Shown piece by piece: positions 12,067-28,368 of a stretch of DNA of 64,000 bases. The stretch lies in assembly GCF_009914755.1 (NCBI RefSeq), contig NC_060928.1; one strand, 5' to 3'. The notes under the pieces were generated by a model. The model made no database searches. It was not told the origin of the DNA and was given only the letters and a program-made list of their open reading frames with translations. The stretch comes from the human T2T-CHM13v2.0 reference genome, Homo sapiens. Within the stretch, counting starts at the first letter, position 1. Every line of letters starts with the position of its first letter. Both the position numbers and the translations under genes were made by a program.

Positions 12067-14332
12067 TGTTGGAAATAAAAATAAGTCATTGAAATAAACG
12101 CATCACATAATAGTTAAATATTCATTGGTAAAGACAGAATTAATAATGGAAAAAGATTAATGAGAGGATGTTACACAAGACAAAACTCCGATATAAATTT
12201 TGGAAATGTTAAAACAAACAAACAAACAAATGCTCTCAAGAGTCCTAGAAACTAGATCAGATGGCTTATCAGATGGAATTCCAAAGAAGAAAAATACTGG
12301 AGTTGAAATACTATTCAATGAGTTAAGTCTTGATAGTTTATCAGAATCAGAAATATAGACAGCTAAGACTACATGGACTGCACTCTGAATCCCGAACAAT
12401 CAAATTGAATTCACAAACAAATTGTTGTAAAAACACACAAATCAAAGATGATGGGGGCAGGGAGAGGAACCAATAAAGGACCAAAGAAAAAACAAGAGAA
12501 TAGCATGATTAACATTATATTATCAATAAGCACCATACTGCTGCATGAAGTAACACTCATTTTCACTGCAGTATAATATTACACTGAGGCATTCTTTTAC
12601 ATTCCATCAACAAGAATATTTGCACACATTGTCAATTTATTTTAATCAAGGAGCAGTAGAACCATTTCCAGTTTTTTCTTACTGCAAGTATGCTATTGTA
12701 AATTTTCACATCCTTCTATCTCCTGATACTCATGTGGAAGTATTTTTCTTGGGTATTAAGGCAAGGCATAGATTGCTACAGCATACAGGATAAGGATAAA
12801 CTTTACAAGAAAATGATAAATTGTTTTTCATAGGGCTTATACATTCCTAGAATACAGTGGTATACTCCTGGAGTAAAGTATTACACTCCTGTCTATATTA
12901 TGAGCACGTTGTCATTCATATTTACTCCAAAATCTTTCCTGCATACTTTCTCACCTAAAAGGCACCAAACAGAATTCCTACAAGTAAGTGAATTTTATCC
13001 TATTTTCAAGATAAAATGATAATTATCCAATAAAAGCCATATAGTAGTAAGTGAGAAAAAAGAGACCCAACTTGGATTATTCAAGTAACTGTCAAAGTAA
13101 ACAGGAACAATCAATTAGAAAACTACATACTGATATGGCTTCTGAAAATTAATGAAACAATACTGAAATAACCATAGTCCTGATCCAAAAGTGTGTTGAA
13201 AAGAAATTGATGGAACTTATGAAACAGTTTATATACAAGGACGTTTCCCTTTAGAAATATTTATAAATATAGCTAACTCAATTATCAAATAAAAGACTAA
13301 GCAAACAAAAGAAAATGCATGGTAATTTAAATATAAGAAAAAATCATCCAGCAAACTTTAATATTCCTTCTTAATTAAAAATGTATTATAAAATCAATAT
13401 TAAAGAGATAGAACATCAATAACAAATTTATTGTGTTCCTATATTTCAGGAATAACCACTAATATGTGTGATATATAAAAGTAATAACCTTCACAGTTGA
13501 CCAAAAATTAGATGTCTAGGAATAAATCGTATAAAGATTTACAAAAAAATTGATGGAGTTTATAAAATATCATTCACGTACATAACATTATCAGCTCAGA
13601 ACCAAAATTTACAATTCCCAAGCTACCCCTTGACTTCATTTATTTCTTTATATTCTGAATGTAATTTTTAAATAAATCCAGTATGAATTATTTTTCCAAC
13701 AAGTAAAGCAAGCCATCATGTGCTGGGTATTCAAGCTCTCAGTGACTGAGGTATCAGTACCAGTTGTCTGTCTATTAAAACATTTTAGTATCTTTTCCCT
13801 AACATTATAAATTTTAGCTCCAAAAAGATAGATTTGTGCTTGTAAAAATTATAAATGTATTGCTGAGAGAGGGATCTTGGCAATTCCCTTAAATTATAGA
13901 AATGATATTACTGGTATTCTCACGTTATAAAGAATAGTTTTTATCCCATTCCTTGAATCAGAAAGTTGTATCAATGCCTTTTCTCTCAAATGTCAGCAAT
14001 TTTCTGCAAAGTTATTGGAAAGTGAGATTATAATCTATGGTGACTTTGGAGATCATTTAGTATGTCTCCTTTGTTTTATAAATTAGGAAACCAAATTGTT
14101 AGTGGATTTCCCAAAATCTCTAAACCTTGGTATGACAGGAACTAGCAGTAGGATTGCTATTTCAAAGCACCATACGTTTTATTTATTTTCTAACACACCC
14201 TTATGGAGGATTTATTTTGTGCCAGGCCCTTCCCTCTATGGTTTCCTGATGATAACTTATATAAGCCTGGCGCCATTTTTAATATACCATAGTACTAAAT
14301 ATCTTTTCAATAAAAATTCTGAAGTACCTATC

Positions 14333-14720
14333 TGATATGGTTTGGCTCTGTGTCCCCACCCAAATCTCATCTCGGATTGGAATCCCACATATTGAGGGAG
14401 GGACTTCTAATCCCCATGTATGGAGGGAGGGACGTGATTGAATCATGGGGCTGGTTTCCCCCATGCTGTTCTCATGATGGTGAGTGAGTTCTCACGGGAC
14501 CTGATGGTTTTATAAGCATTTAACATTTCCCCTGCTCACACTTCTCTCTCCTGCCACCAAGTGAAAAGGTCTTTGCTTCCCCCTTTGCCTTCTGCCATGA
14601 CTGTAAGTTCCCTGAGGCCTCCCCAGCTGTGTAGAACTGTGAGTCAGTTAAACCTCTTTCCTTTATAAATTACACAGTCTCAAGTATTGCTTTATGACAG
14701 TGTGAAAACAGATTAATACA
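14333..14720 (+). mobile_element. THE1 (THE1D-like) MaLR solo LTR
   Basis: TGATATGGTTTGG...TAATACA; perfect 5-bp TSD CTATC at 14328-14332 and 14721-14725. Confidence 0.92.
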
Positions 14721-15574
14721 CTATCAATATTAGTTTTGTCAATTAATATTCTAAGGTAAAATACATTGTGTGAATTATTCTATCATTTCCCTGAAATTAA
14801 TTTAGCCAGTAATTATGATGGTAAGACTCAATATTTTATTATCCCTCCTCAAATTATGATTCAATGGTGTCATTCTAAAATGCATACTCAGATTTTTACT
14901 TCTGTGATGATTTAAACCATTGATATGATGACTTAGAAATTGCCTTTAGAAGAACAGGAATGACACAAGAGCAGGTGTGAGCATTCAAGGAAGCTTCCAG
15001 TACTTGTTTTGATGAAGCAGATGAGGGTGTTATTCATTAAACTGTTGTAAGCCCAACTTTACTGGGAAGAAAGAGAACAGATTAGGCAAGGACCAACTCT
15101 CAGTCATGAATCAAAGTCTATGATTTTATGACCAAGCCTCCATATCCTTAGGGCTTTCCAACAATTATGCCAGTGCATCAAATGGAAAAAGAAAAAAAAA
15201 AGTGTGTGAGTGTGTATATACATAATATTTGAAAACAACTATATTTTTGAAAATATTTACTAATAATTTTTAAAATGCTAGAAAATCAAAGCATCTACAG
15301 AAAAAATACTGTATTAAACTTAGTTTGAATAATCACAATAAACAAACAGGCTGCCCTTTAACAGAGAAAAATCAGAACAAATTAGTTTTATGCCTATTCT
15401 ATGATTTTTCCCCTAAACTAAGACATTGTATTGAATCAGTTGGGCAATTCAGTCTCAGTAGAATTTGAAACAGAAAATTTGAATGTTTTTGAGTTTTCAT
15501 CTTCTATTAATAGCTAATGCAGTTACCAAAATGTTGCTTTTCGATGAAAGAAAAGATAGGATTGTGATTGCAAC

Positions 15575-15800
15575 CACAGACGTTGACGTCAGACCACCTG
15601 GGTTTGAATTCCAATTTTGTAATTTATACACTGCATAAGTTGAGAGAAATTACCTAACCTTTCTGTTCCTAGTTTTTTAAAAAATAATGTTAATAGTACC
15701 CACCTCAGGACTAAGAATTGGTATGAAAGGAGTTCACATATGCAAAGTGCTCAGAACAGTGGCGGCCACATAGTGAGCTTTTTGCATTTGCTGTTATTAG
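15575..15800 (+). mobile_element. MIR
   Basis: gtcagaccacctgggtttgaattcc...atagtacccacctcagg...tgcaaagtgctcagaacagtg. Confidence 0.75.
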
Positions 15801-15966
15801 TTGTCATCAAGTTACATTCTTAAAAGGAACTATTACATCTTTTCCAACTTAATCTGTCATTAGCTAAACAGGAACGTGTGTGTGCCAATAACATTCGTCT
15901 TTTTTCCACATATATTATCATGTTAAAAAGATAAGTCAAAACATTGAGATAGAAATTAAGTTTTGA

Positions 15967-16274
<308 letters not shown>

Positions 16275-16419
16275 AGAAATTAAGTTTTGAAAAAAGCTGC
16301 TATTTTTTCCTATATGACACAAATGTAAACACTCAGGTAAAAAGAACACCCACTCAGCATAATCGCTGTAAGAGTAAACCCTTATCATTCATCCACATTT
16401 TCTTTTCATTCACCCACAT

Positions 16420-16719
<300 letters not shown>

Positions 16720-16747
16720 TTTCTTTTCTTTTTGATAGATAAATGAG

Positions 16748-16996
16748 CACCACATGTTCTCACTCATAGGTGGGAATTGAACTATGAGAACACTTGGACA
16801 CAGGAAGGGGAACATCACACACCGGGACCTGTCGTGGGGTGGGGGGAGGTGGGAGGGATAGCATTAGGAGACATACCTAATGTAAATGACGAGTTAATGG
16901 GTGCAGCACACCAACATGTCACATGTATACATACGTAACAAACCTGCACGTTGTGCACATGTACCCTAGAACTTAAAGTATAATTTAAAAAAAAGA
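16748..16996 (+). mobile_element. L1PA4/5-like 3' UTR (heavily 5'-truncated)
   Basis: catgttctcactcataggtgggaattgaac...gtaccctagaacttaaagtataat plus A tail; AAATGAG on both flanks. Confidence 0.9.
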
Positions 16997-17072
16997 AAAA
17001 TGAGTAGAGCTAGAAGACACCATGATATTTAAGTATACTATTCTTAAAATTGTTTTTTTAGTGCAGGACATT

Positions 17073-17611
17073 TGTTGTCAGAAAAGGCATCTTGTCCCAG
17101 GCCCCAAGAGGAGGTTCTTGGATCTCTTTGGGAAAAATATTTAGGGCGAGTTGCAGAGTATAGTTAAGATAAAACAGTTTATTAGGAACTACTCTGCTAC
17201 AGAGTAAGTCATCTTCAGAAAGCACGAGGAGGAACGCCCCTATCTTAAACATAATTCTTGCTTACACAGGACTGTAAGGCTAAGAATGGTATACTTTATT
17301 ACAAACGCTTGTGATCAGCTTGTGACAGACTATTAACATTGTTATTTTCCTAGTAACTATTGATTTCAGCAATAATTTATGATTACTATCTTTAAAGTGA
17401 AACATATTTTTAAACTAAGAATGCTTTTTGTTCTTGAAATATCAGGACATTTTTATAAATTCTGGGTCTTTATGTATCATTAATTCATTTCCTCAAACAT
17501 AAACGTCTTGTGACCAAGAGTGCCTAATTCCCTGGGGATGTAACTGAGCAGTTTTGGTTTTAACCAGCTTTTATTCAAGATGGAGTCACTCTGGTTAGGA
17601 TGCCTCTGACA
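17073..17611 (-). mobile_element. ERV1 MER41-family solo LTR
   Basis: reverse strand starts TGTCAGAGGCATCCTAACCAGAGTGACTCCATCTTGAATA; 4-bp TSD CATT (17069-72, 17612-15). Confidence 0.85.
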
Positions 17612-18449
17612 CATTGATGTCCGTTCCTGTTTTGGGAAGAGAAGACTCCAGAGCCAGCCAATTATTCACCACAGAGAGAGACACAGCTCACTGGAAGTGG
17701 TGCTCTTCCTTCACATGTCACTTTCTTTCTGACTTTATGACACTGCTCTTGCCATTTTTTTTTCTCTTCAGACACACTTTCAGTTTCATACCTTTAACTC
17801 TTTAATTTTCATTTTTAATTGACCCATTTTTTAAATGTTGGAATGGGAGTTTCGTTATTGGAAAGTGCTGTGCCATATGTCATGACGTTCTCAGCCAGGC
17901 CTCCATAAGAAATGCTACCTGTTAGCAATTTGCAGTAATTATTTCTTAGTGTATGTTACTGAACTGGTCTTATCCATAGCCTTTAGGTTGCTAACCAAGT
18001 GGTGAAAATAAGCCACTCAGCTTTGAGAACAAAATTTTTAAGACTTTTTTATCATTAAAAAAGGAAAGCACTTTTCTTTAAATAAAACATATAAGTAACC
18101 TCTGAGAAAATTACCCAAAAATGGGATGTAAAAAGTTTGAAAGGAAATAGAATTGCATATACTGCCTATTAGCCCTATTCCTGGCCTTGGGAAAGTTATT
18201 TGACATTTTGGGGCCTTGGTTTCGTAAGCCTCAAAATGTATCTGATTAAGTGTTTTTAAGAATTATAAACATTCTTACTGTAAGCAGTCTGTCGCAGAGT
18301 AGATACTTAGAATATTTGTTTTCTTTTCTAACATGAGTAAACATACATTTCTAAGAAAAACTAAGCAAATATAGGCACTGTGAAACAAGCAATGCATTAA
18401 CTAATCAGTTTGACCTTTTGCGTTTTTTTCTATGGCTAGTCTCTGGTTC

Positions 18450-19390
<941 letters not shown>

Positions 19391-19800
19391 CCCACTATCT
19401 TTTAGAGGGTGTGTTTTGCTGTCAAACTTCTTGTCTAAATATATAATGCAAATCCCTTTGCTTTAAGTTAAGCTTTATATTTCACAGTAATGTATTTAGA
19501 TTTAATTCACTATATTTTAGTTACAATCTGCATGAATAAACTTTTAAAAACAGGAATATTATTGAAAAGATGTTTTAAGTTATCCTGAACTTCTTGGTGA
19601 GGGGATATAAATTTCTGACCACATGAGATGTGAGTGGACAAGGAAAGGAGGACAATTTTCTTAAAATAACCAATATACAAATATGTTTCCAATAGCATAT
19701 AGAATTTTGTGCCTTTCTGTTTACTAATGATTGTACAAGAGCTATTTTCTATTAATCTTCTATGTCATCAGAAATGCAGTGAGAAAATAAATGGTCTAAT

Positions 19801-20636
19801 CCCAAAGGGCTAGTATCCAGCAGGTACAAGGAATTCAAACAATTTGACATGAAGAAAAATACATTTGAAAATGGCCAAAATGCATGAACAGACATTTTTC
19901 AAAACAGGACATGTAAGTGGCCAAAAAACATGAAAAATTGCTCAACATTACTAATTATGAAAAATGCAAATTAAACCAGTCAGAATGGCTATTATTAAAA
20001 AGTCAAAAAACAACAAACATTGGGAAGGATGTGGAGAAACAGGAATGCCTATACACTGCTGATAGGTATGTAAATTAGTAAAAACTTTATGGAAAACAGT
20101 ATGGAGATTTCTCAAAGAACTAAAAATAGAAGTTCCATTGATCCAGCAATCACACTACTGGGTATATACCCAAAGGGAAAGAAATTAATACATCAAAAAG
20201 ATACACACACTGATATGTTTATTTCAACAATATTTACAATAGCAAAGCTGTGGAATCAACCTAAGTGCCCATCAATGGAAAAATGGACAAAGAAAATCTC
20301 GTATATGTATGTTATGGAATATAATACAGCCACAAAAGAGATGCAATTATGTCCTTTTCAGCAACATGGATGGAATTGAGGCTATTATGAAAGTGAAATA
20401 ACTCAGCAACAAAAAGTCAAAAACTACAGAGACAGAGAATGGAAAAATAGACAAAATGTAGGAGGGTAACAGAGGGGTGAGGGTTGAAAATTATCTACTG
20501 GGTACAATGTTCACTCTTCAGGTGATAGGTACACTAAAAGTCCAGACTTCAGCACTGCACAATATACTCATGTAAGAAATTCACACTTGTACCCCCAAAA
20601 CATATAAAATTTTTTTTTTAAAATGGAAAATAAGAA
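19801..20636 (+). mobile_element. L1MA2-like 3' fragment
   Basis: ORF2 C-terminal remnant (ORF 20089 [12 protein letters not shown]...WNQPKCPS); 17-bp TSD AAAATAAATGGTCTAAT (19784-19800, 20637-20653). Confidence 0.9.
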
Positions 20637-21403
20637 AAAATAAATGGTCTAATTATGAATAGCAAATATATTTTCCATAATCTTGGCTCTTTGAATAATC
20701 TGCTAAACAAATTTGTAATTTGATGAAACATATAGAATGAGCATATAAATGATTCTGTTATATGAATCTGACTCAACATTTATTAAGCACTGGCAGAAAA
20801 TAGGTGACATGATAAAATATTCATTTAGGATGATCATTGCATTTATTACATGTCAATGAACACATATTAGTACCATATACTAAAATACTATTTATTCACA
20901 ATTTTCAAAAGAAATAACATTCTTAAAATGTAAAGTGATTCCTGATAGTTACATTGGCACGAATGTCTCAACACAAGCTCAATGAATATCTGTGTATGTG
21001 AGAAACAGAACAAAAGCCCATCTGACAAAGGCTTTGAATTTCATACTACTCCCTTTTCTCCTATAATCTCTAAAAATTAATTTTTAGGGAGCTAACTGTC
21101 ATGACACAAAATTATTCATGATAAAATTGTTCATTGCTTTTCGTTTCTGTGAAGCAACTGAAATTAGCATTATCATGTAATCATTAAAACACATTTGCTT
21201 AAGAATAATCGGTGAAAAAAAAGCTGCTACAGGGCTCTTAATCTTAATGCAGCATTTAGGATGTTTTCATCCTAATGTATGCTAATGCCACTCTAAGAGC
21301 ACTGTAGCAGATCGTATATCTGATTTTACATGTTTCAAGAAAATCAAATTGGAATGTCAGTATGTAAAAGGAAAATGAATGTATAGTTAAACAAATACAT
21401 GTA

Positions 21404-22628
21404 CAGTCACGTGTTGCTTAAAGATGGGGGATATGATCTGAGAAGTGCATCTTTAGGCAATTTCATCATTGCATGAATATCATAGAGTGTACTTACACAA
21501 ACCTAGACGGTAGAACCTACTACACACCTAGGGTATGTGGTATAGTCTATTGCTCCTAGGCTTCCAACCTGTACAGAATGTTACAGTACTGAATACTGTA
21601 AGTAATTGTAACACAGTGGTATTTGTGTACCTAAATATATCTAAACATAGAAAGGTACAGTACAAATATGATATAAAAGGCATAAAATGGTACACCTATC
21701 TTGGACATTTAACCATGAATGGAGCTTGCAGGACTGGAAGTTTTTCTGAGTGAGTCAGTGGGTGATTGGTGAATGAGTGTGAAGGTCTAGGCCGTTAGTG
21801 TATTGTAGACTTTATATACTCTATAAAGATGGTACACTTAGGCTACACTACATTTATTTTGAAATATTTTTCTTTCTTCAATAATAAATCAACCTTAGCT
21901 TGCTGTAACTTTTTTTACTTTAAAAATGTTTTAATTTTTTTAACTTGATTCTTTTATAACACTTATTAAAATGCACATTGTACAACTGTACAAAAATACT
22001 TTTTTCTTTATATCCTTACTCTATAAACTTTTTCCTATTTTTAAATTTTTTACTTTTTTGAGTTTTTAATTTTTTTCTTAAAAACAAAGACACAAACACA
22101 CACATTAGCCTAAGCCTACACAGGGTCAGGATCATCAATATCATTGTCTCCCACCTCCACAGCTTGTCCCACTGGAAGATCTTCAGGAGTAATAATACGC
22201 ATGAAGCTGTCATCTCCTATGATAATGAAGTCTTCTTCTGGAACACCTCCTGAAGGACCTGCCTGAGGCTGCTTACAGTGAACTTAAAAAAAAAATAAGT
22301 AGAAGAAGTACACTCTAAAATGATGAAAATATATAGTGTAGTAAATACATAAACCAGTAACAGAGTAATTAATTATCATTATCAAGTGTTATGTGCTGTG
22401 CATAACTATATGCATTATACTTTGATACAACTGACAGCATAGTAGGTTTGTTTGCATCAGTATCACCACAAACACGAGTAATGTGTTGCACTACAGCATA
22501 ATTGCTGCTACGACATCTACAATATTACTAAGTGACAGGGATTTTTTAGTTCAATTATAATCTTATGGGACCATTTTAGTATATGTGGTTTGTTATTGAC
22601 TGAAATGTCATTTTGAAGCATGTGACTA
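21404..22628 (+). mobile_element. Tigger3b-like (TcMar) DNA transposon, non-autonomous, near full length
   Basis: TA|cagtcacgtgttgcttaa... and ...gcatgtgact termini; internal acttacacaaacctaga...ctactacacacctag; ~1.2 kb. Confidence 0.88.
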
Positions 22629-24837
22629 TGTATAAAATTTAATGTGGGATGGTTAAAATGAGATGTATGTTTTATTACTTAATATTGCAATAAGAAAGGT
22701 ACCTATGTGTGTATAGCAAACAAATAGGTATTCTGTTTAAAATGTGGATACTTTTATCTAACATAAAACACCAGGGCCAGAAAGAGCTGAGAAGAAATCC
22801 ATTTTACCTACAACCCACATAAATGCAAATTATCCTTCTGATGAAAGTGATTGCATGTAATTCTTGGTGACTTCTGAATAAAATTTCTCCTAAGTCAAAC
22901 TTTCCTCTGTGTGTCATTTTGACACAAAGCAAAGCATCATGGTTAAGCTTTTCTCCAAATTTAGATTTAAATTACACTTATGATGCTTGGGTAGGATAGA
23001 ACACCTGCTGATTTTTTCAATCATAATTTCTTCTTAACCTATATAATGTATAATTAGTAAAGAATAACTTTTAGAACTATAGAAAAATGCCTAATTATGT
23101 TGGAGATAATATAACAATTTTCTACAGCCTTTCTAAATTCTAACATCTACCCTGCCACTAAAGAATGTTCCCTAAGAATTTTTTGGCAGCATACACTTCA
23201 GAAAATTAGATGTAATTTAAAAAATATGATCTGGAGATTTCATTCTACAGATGATTTATTATATAATCTTAGTGACTTTGGTGATAGAGGAAAGATATCT
23301 AAGCCATAGTGATAAGTTTATTAAATTCACTCATTATTTTACCTCTATAGTTGAACTTGTACCTTAAATTCAGTATTCCCATTACTTTGTTTATTAACTC
23401 AAGGTCAAGGATTCGGGCCCTTTCAAAATGTGGTCAGCAGAATACTCTTGCTTCTGGCTAAACAGAGTAGCACATGGCCAAACAATCTTTCCATAGAAAT
23501 AAACAAGAGAAGCTAAGAAAAATTGCAAATGTATTTATTTACTTATTTGTGTTTGCTTGTCTAAAGGCAGCGGAGTGGTGCAGAGGTAATAGTGAAAGAA
23601 CTCATTTCACAGAGGGGAACTGTATGTAGAGAAATAAACAGATATCTGGAGCCACTTTTTCCTCTTAAGATACTTCTGTTTGCAGGTATATGGAAAGAGA
23701 GTGAGGTTGTAGGCACAGGGCATAAGAAGAATGCTGCAGAAGAGAGTAAAAAAAAACAGCAAATATTTTGTTATGTGGCTGAAGACATGAAATTTTGAGA
23801 TGGAAGCAACTGAAGTTCTGATAAAAATGAGGGTCATAGATATAAACCTTAAAATACAGATGATTTTCCTTCAGGATGTCTTCAAGATCATGCTGCTGTG
23901 TAGATCAGAGGCTAAGAAGGCGAGGCAAAACCTGAATAGCAACGCAGAGTTTTCCACAGACTTGCTGGGCTGAATAGACAAAGTTTATAAAGTTCAGAAC
24001 CCACATGGGGACCAATCGTAATGAATATCTCAGGCTTTCAGTGGGAATCACTGGACGGACATGCCTGAGAAGTAGGTGTAAAGCAGATTTAGAAACATTA
24101 TTACTACAACTCTAACCCATCCCAAACTTAACAAGCTCCTGATTAGATGAATTTCATCAATTGCCTGCTCTATCTTCCTAGCAGAGAGAGGGGTAAACCA
24201 TCTTTAATTAAGGTAAACATAATTCAGAATCATTACACTTTTCAAACAATATTTGATATTCAATAAAATCACTAGGCTTGCCAAAGGATAGAATAAATGA
24301 CCAAAAAGAAATATTAAATACAGATAATAGAAGAAGTATACCCCTAGATGATCTACGTATTAGAATTAACAGACTATAATTTTATAATATTTTATGTTTA
24401 ATATTTTTAGTGAAGTAGAGGGAGAGTTGGAAAAATCAGATAAGAGATGGAGAATAGCACCAGAGAATTAAAATTCATAAAACAGAAAGTGAAGTCCAAT
24501 TTTAAATGGTTTCATCTGAAACTTTAAATTTTCACATATCATTAGCTCAAACCATATTGAAGCAATAATACAGGTGCATGAAAATTTTAAAATATAATTT
24601 GTTTCCTCTTGAATCGAGTGCAGATTGGGGGCATTTTGGATATATGTTAAATACTGGAAGAATGTGTTTTTACTAGATAAATTCAATTCAATACATGTTT
24701 AAAATAACATATAACAAAAATTATCACTTCTCCCTTAGTCTAATGTATTGTTGTGAAAAAAATCTAGTTAGGGCAAACTTCTGTCCTCTCTTCTCATATT
24801 TACTGCTCAAAGGAAAGTTAATTTTATGGTTGGTAAG

Positions 24838-25332
24838 TGTCACAGGAAGATTTCTAACATGACCCCCAAACTTCCCTTCCCTTGTTTTTAAGACACTCTA
24901 GTATCTCTTCTCCCCTTCACTGTGGGCAGAACATACGAAGATGATGAAATTCATTCCCATGGTGATGTTACAGATGTAAGTGAAAAGATTTTACAGATGT
25001 AAGTGAAGTTTCGAATCAGTGTGTTTTAAGTTAATTAAAAGAGAGGTTACTGTATGTGGACCTGAATAGGTGAGCCCTTAAAGGCCTACTTAGGTTTCTG
25101 TTAAGATCAGAGAGATTATCTCTTTGGTCTTGAAAACGCAAACCTCGATGCATTCTATAGCTAAAAGAAACTGAACTCTGGCAACAGTTACATGAGCTTG
25201 GAAGAGGACCTGCGCCTGAGCCCTGGCCAACTGAGCACAGGACTCAGATAAGCCATGCCTGGACTTCCAATCTCAGGTATGTGAGATAATACATGGATGT
25301 TGATTTTTATGCAGTGATAAAAAGCTAATACA
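24838..25332 (+). mobile_element. MaLR MLT1E/F-like LTR
   Basis: ttctaacatgacccccaaa...ccccttcactgtgggcag...aactgaactctggcaacag...gccatgcctggacttc...gctaataca. Confidence 0.75.
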
Positions 25333-27939
25333 ATAAGTCTGGAAGAAGTTAGTGAGAAAGTGTTGTTCAGTCTTGTTCTCAGAAAATCTGCCTGACCACA
25401 GAGTGCATAAGACTATTCTTGCAAGAAAATCCTGTAATTTTTCTAGCTGTGCCATTTTATTAGTTAGTAAGCCTATATCAGGAGTACATAGTAGCAAATT
25501 CACTTCTCAGATACAAAAAAAGTTCTTCAATCAACTTACTTAATAATACAGATAAAGCTTACATCTTAATCTGAATCCTGAATCTATCTTTCATGTAGTT
25601 CTGAATTATTTTGGAGAACATAAATAAACATTTATTACTGGATGTTCACAAATCCAAAAGTCTATAATATTTTCATTTGTCATCTCATAATAATATATTA
25701 CCAATATTTTATACCATCCCTGCTGAAACAGTTGACAGAAAAATTAAGCAATTAAAAAAATAATAAAGTGCTTCATGGGGAAATGGCATTTCTCTATCAA
25801 AATCTATAATGATTTCGATATTATCAAAACAATCACCACTGAGTTTTCTTATCTTCTTCCTGAGGTTAAATAGGTTGAAAATATTACTTTTTCTTTTTAA
25901 ATTACTTTTCCTTTTTAAATGCACAAAAATGGTCATGGTGGAATAAAATCATTACAAATATAGTGTCCTTGTATGACGTCTGAGTTGTTGTTTGGAATGA
26001 ATTTGTGTAACTGGCAGCTTTGAGCTTCCTAAATCTCCTTGGCAGAAATAATGTCCCAATTGTTTTTCCAGTAACAGGATGACAATGTTCTTAAATAAAA
26101 TTGTCACTAAATTTCCTTTCGAATTCTGACTGCATGATTGAATAAATATTGTCTGCTGAAACTGGCTGTGAAGATAAGTATTTCATGACAGTTAATATAT
26201 TTCATATGCAAATGTTTTGGCCTCATTTTATATTGGAGACAAGAAAGAAAAATTGTGTTATCTATTTAATTTAGAATGTACTATCAAATCAGATGCATAA
26301 GTCCCTGAAATTAAATAGGGACTTTATTGTACCATGCTATTAAAATGGCACATTTTGTACTGAAGACAGTTCAGTGATAAAATGTTGATTTCAGTATGCA
26401 TGAAGTATTACCAGAAAGAAATATGTTCCATTAAATGTGAATTATTTAAGTACATAGTTATTATAAAAAGAAATATATAAACATATGCATATAGTATACA
26501 CACATGTATATGGATTTACAAATGCATACAACATAGACTTCAACTTGGTCTGATATCACTGCTTCCAAATTTTTGTCTAGATTTCTCCTCTGAATTAAAT
26601 CATCATATATTTTATCAGGAATATCTCTGGATTTCTTGAAACATTAGAGAGATACAACATATTACTTTCCCCTGCAGAACATACCATTGTATAGATTATT
26701 TTAAATTTAATCTCACTTGCTTTTCTGTGCACTTATTTTGCTTAATAACATTCTACTTGATTACCTAAATATAAATATGTATATATAAAATTGTCATTTG
26801 TTATAAGATTTATAAGGGTTATTTTTCCACTTCCTATAAGTTTTAGTTCTAAAAGGCATTTTATATTAAAATTATGCTGCATGAGAAATATATCAATTTT
26901 AGAATTTTAGAAATATGTGAATTATTTCTCACCCTTGAGGCAGACTTCATAGTTTGCAATTCAAAAAATAAAATACTTTTATGTTTTCTTAGTACCAATT
27001 GCTCTCCCTTCCTAGATATAAAAGTATGGTATTTTATTATTTTTTGTACAAGTCAAGAATAGCATTTTTGTGAAAATCCCCACACATCCATTAAATCTGT
27101 AATTCTGTTATCCCATTTTAAGGTAGATTTACTTTGAGTTGGCCATAAACTTTCCTTTTGTGTTAGCTGCCAGCCTCCTTAGTCAATAATATTCTGATTG
27201 TTGCTTTTTCAAGAGTACATCAATAGTATTTTCTCTTGTCAAATAAAATTGTTTGTATATATATTTCTTCATCCAAAATTAGAAGATGATTCTGAAAACA
27301 TAGCAACATGAAAAAATTAGTAGAATTAGAACAGTAAGTCTCTGAAAGAAAGAATTGGGAGAGGATAAAGAGCCAAGGATCCACAGGCAGGGAAAGACTC
27401 ACATATAAGTAGTGGAAATTAGATGGAGGGGAAGTGAATGAGGTGTTTGGTGCAAGAGAATGTAATGATAACTTTGTGTCATGTAGTAAAAGCTAAAGGA
27501 AGGAAAGGAAAGGGAACAATGAAGTTTTGTGAATGTTGTGAAATGAAATGAAGACAAGAAAGTGACAGTGAACAAAATAGTCCCATTGCATTTGAAAAGA
27601 AAAAAAATATGCAAAATAGTAGATACGAAAGTAAAATTATATGGAGGCTGCAAAATACTTAATTACTATCCCAGAGTTGTTCCCTACTCTCCTCAATTAA
27701 GATTACTTTTATTGTAAAATAAACTAATCTTAATAATCTTATTTTTCTATTCTGTAAATAAATAAAAGGAAAAGTTTTAAGATTCTCTGCTGAATCACAA
27801 ATCTATTTTTGTGTTACTCTATGCTCAGACAGTCCCAGCTAATATTAAATCAAAAGTTGAGGAATTAAAAGAAGAGATTTTGTGAGTACAATTTTAAGTT
27901 ATCTCAAATAATTCAATCTCTTATCGTAGTATAGAGCCC

Positions 27940-28368
27940 TATATCAGTCAGGGTTCCCTAGAGAAACAGAATCAATGTTATATGGGATTATATATGAACA
28001 CTGGCAAATTTGAAATCCATGGGGAAGACTAACAGTTTGGAAACTCAGGCAAGAGTTGATGTCGCAGTTTTGATTCTAAAATACATATGGCAGGCTGGCA
28101 AGCTAGAAATCCAGGCAGGAATCCTATGTCACAGTTTCGAGGCAGAATTCTTTTTCTGGAAAACCTTAGGTTTTGCTCTCAATGGCTTCAATTGGTTGGA
28201 TGGCACCCATTCATATTATCAAGAGTAATCTGCTTTATGTAAAGTCAATTGATTGCGGATGTTAGCTATATACACAAAATACCTTCATAGCAACACGTAG
28301 ACTAGTGTTTGACCAAACATCTGGGCACCGTATCCTAGCCAAGGTGACACATAAAATTACTCATCACA
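27940..28368 (-). mobile_element. MLT2D-like solo LTR
   Basis: tcagtcagggttccctagagaaacagaa...gccaaggtgacacataaaattactcatcaca; 5-bp TSD AGCCC (27935-39, 28369-73). Confidence 0.88.

Noticed and set aside
24968-25007. Short tandem duplications (ttacagatgtaagtgaa x2; others near 16388, 25883, 36741, 54006)
   Set aside because: Ordinary slippage duplications with no further structure
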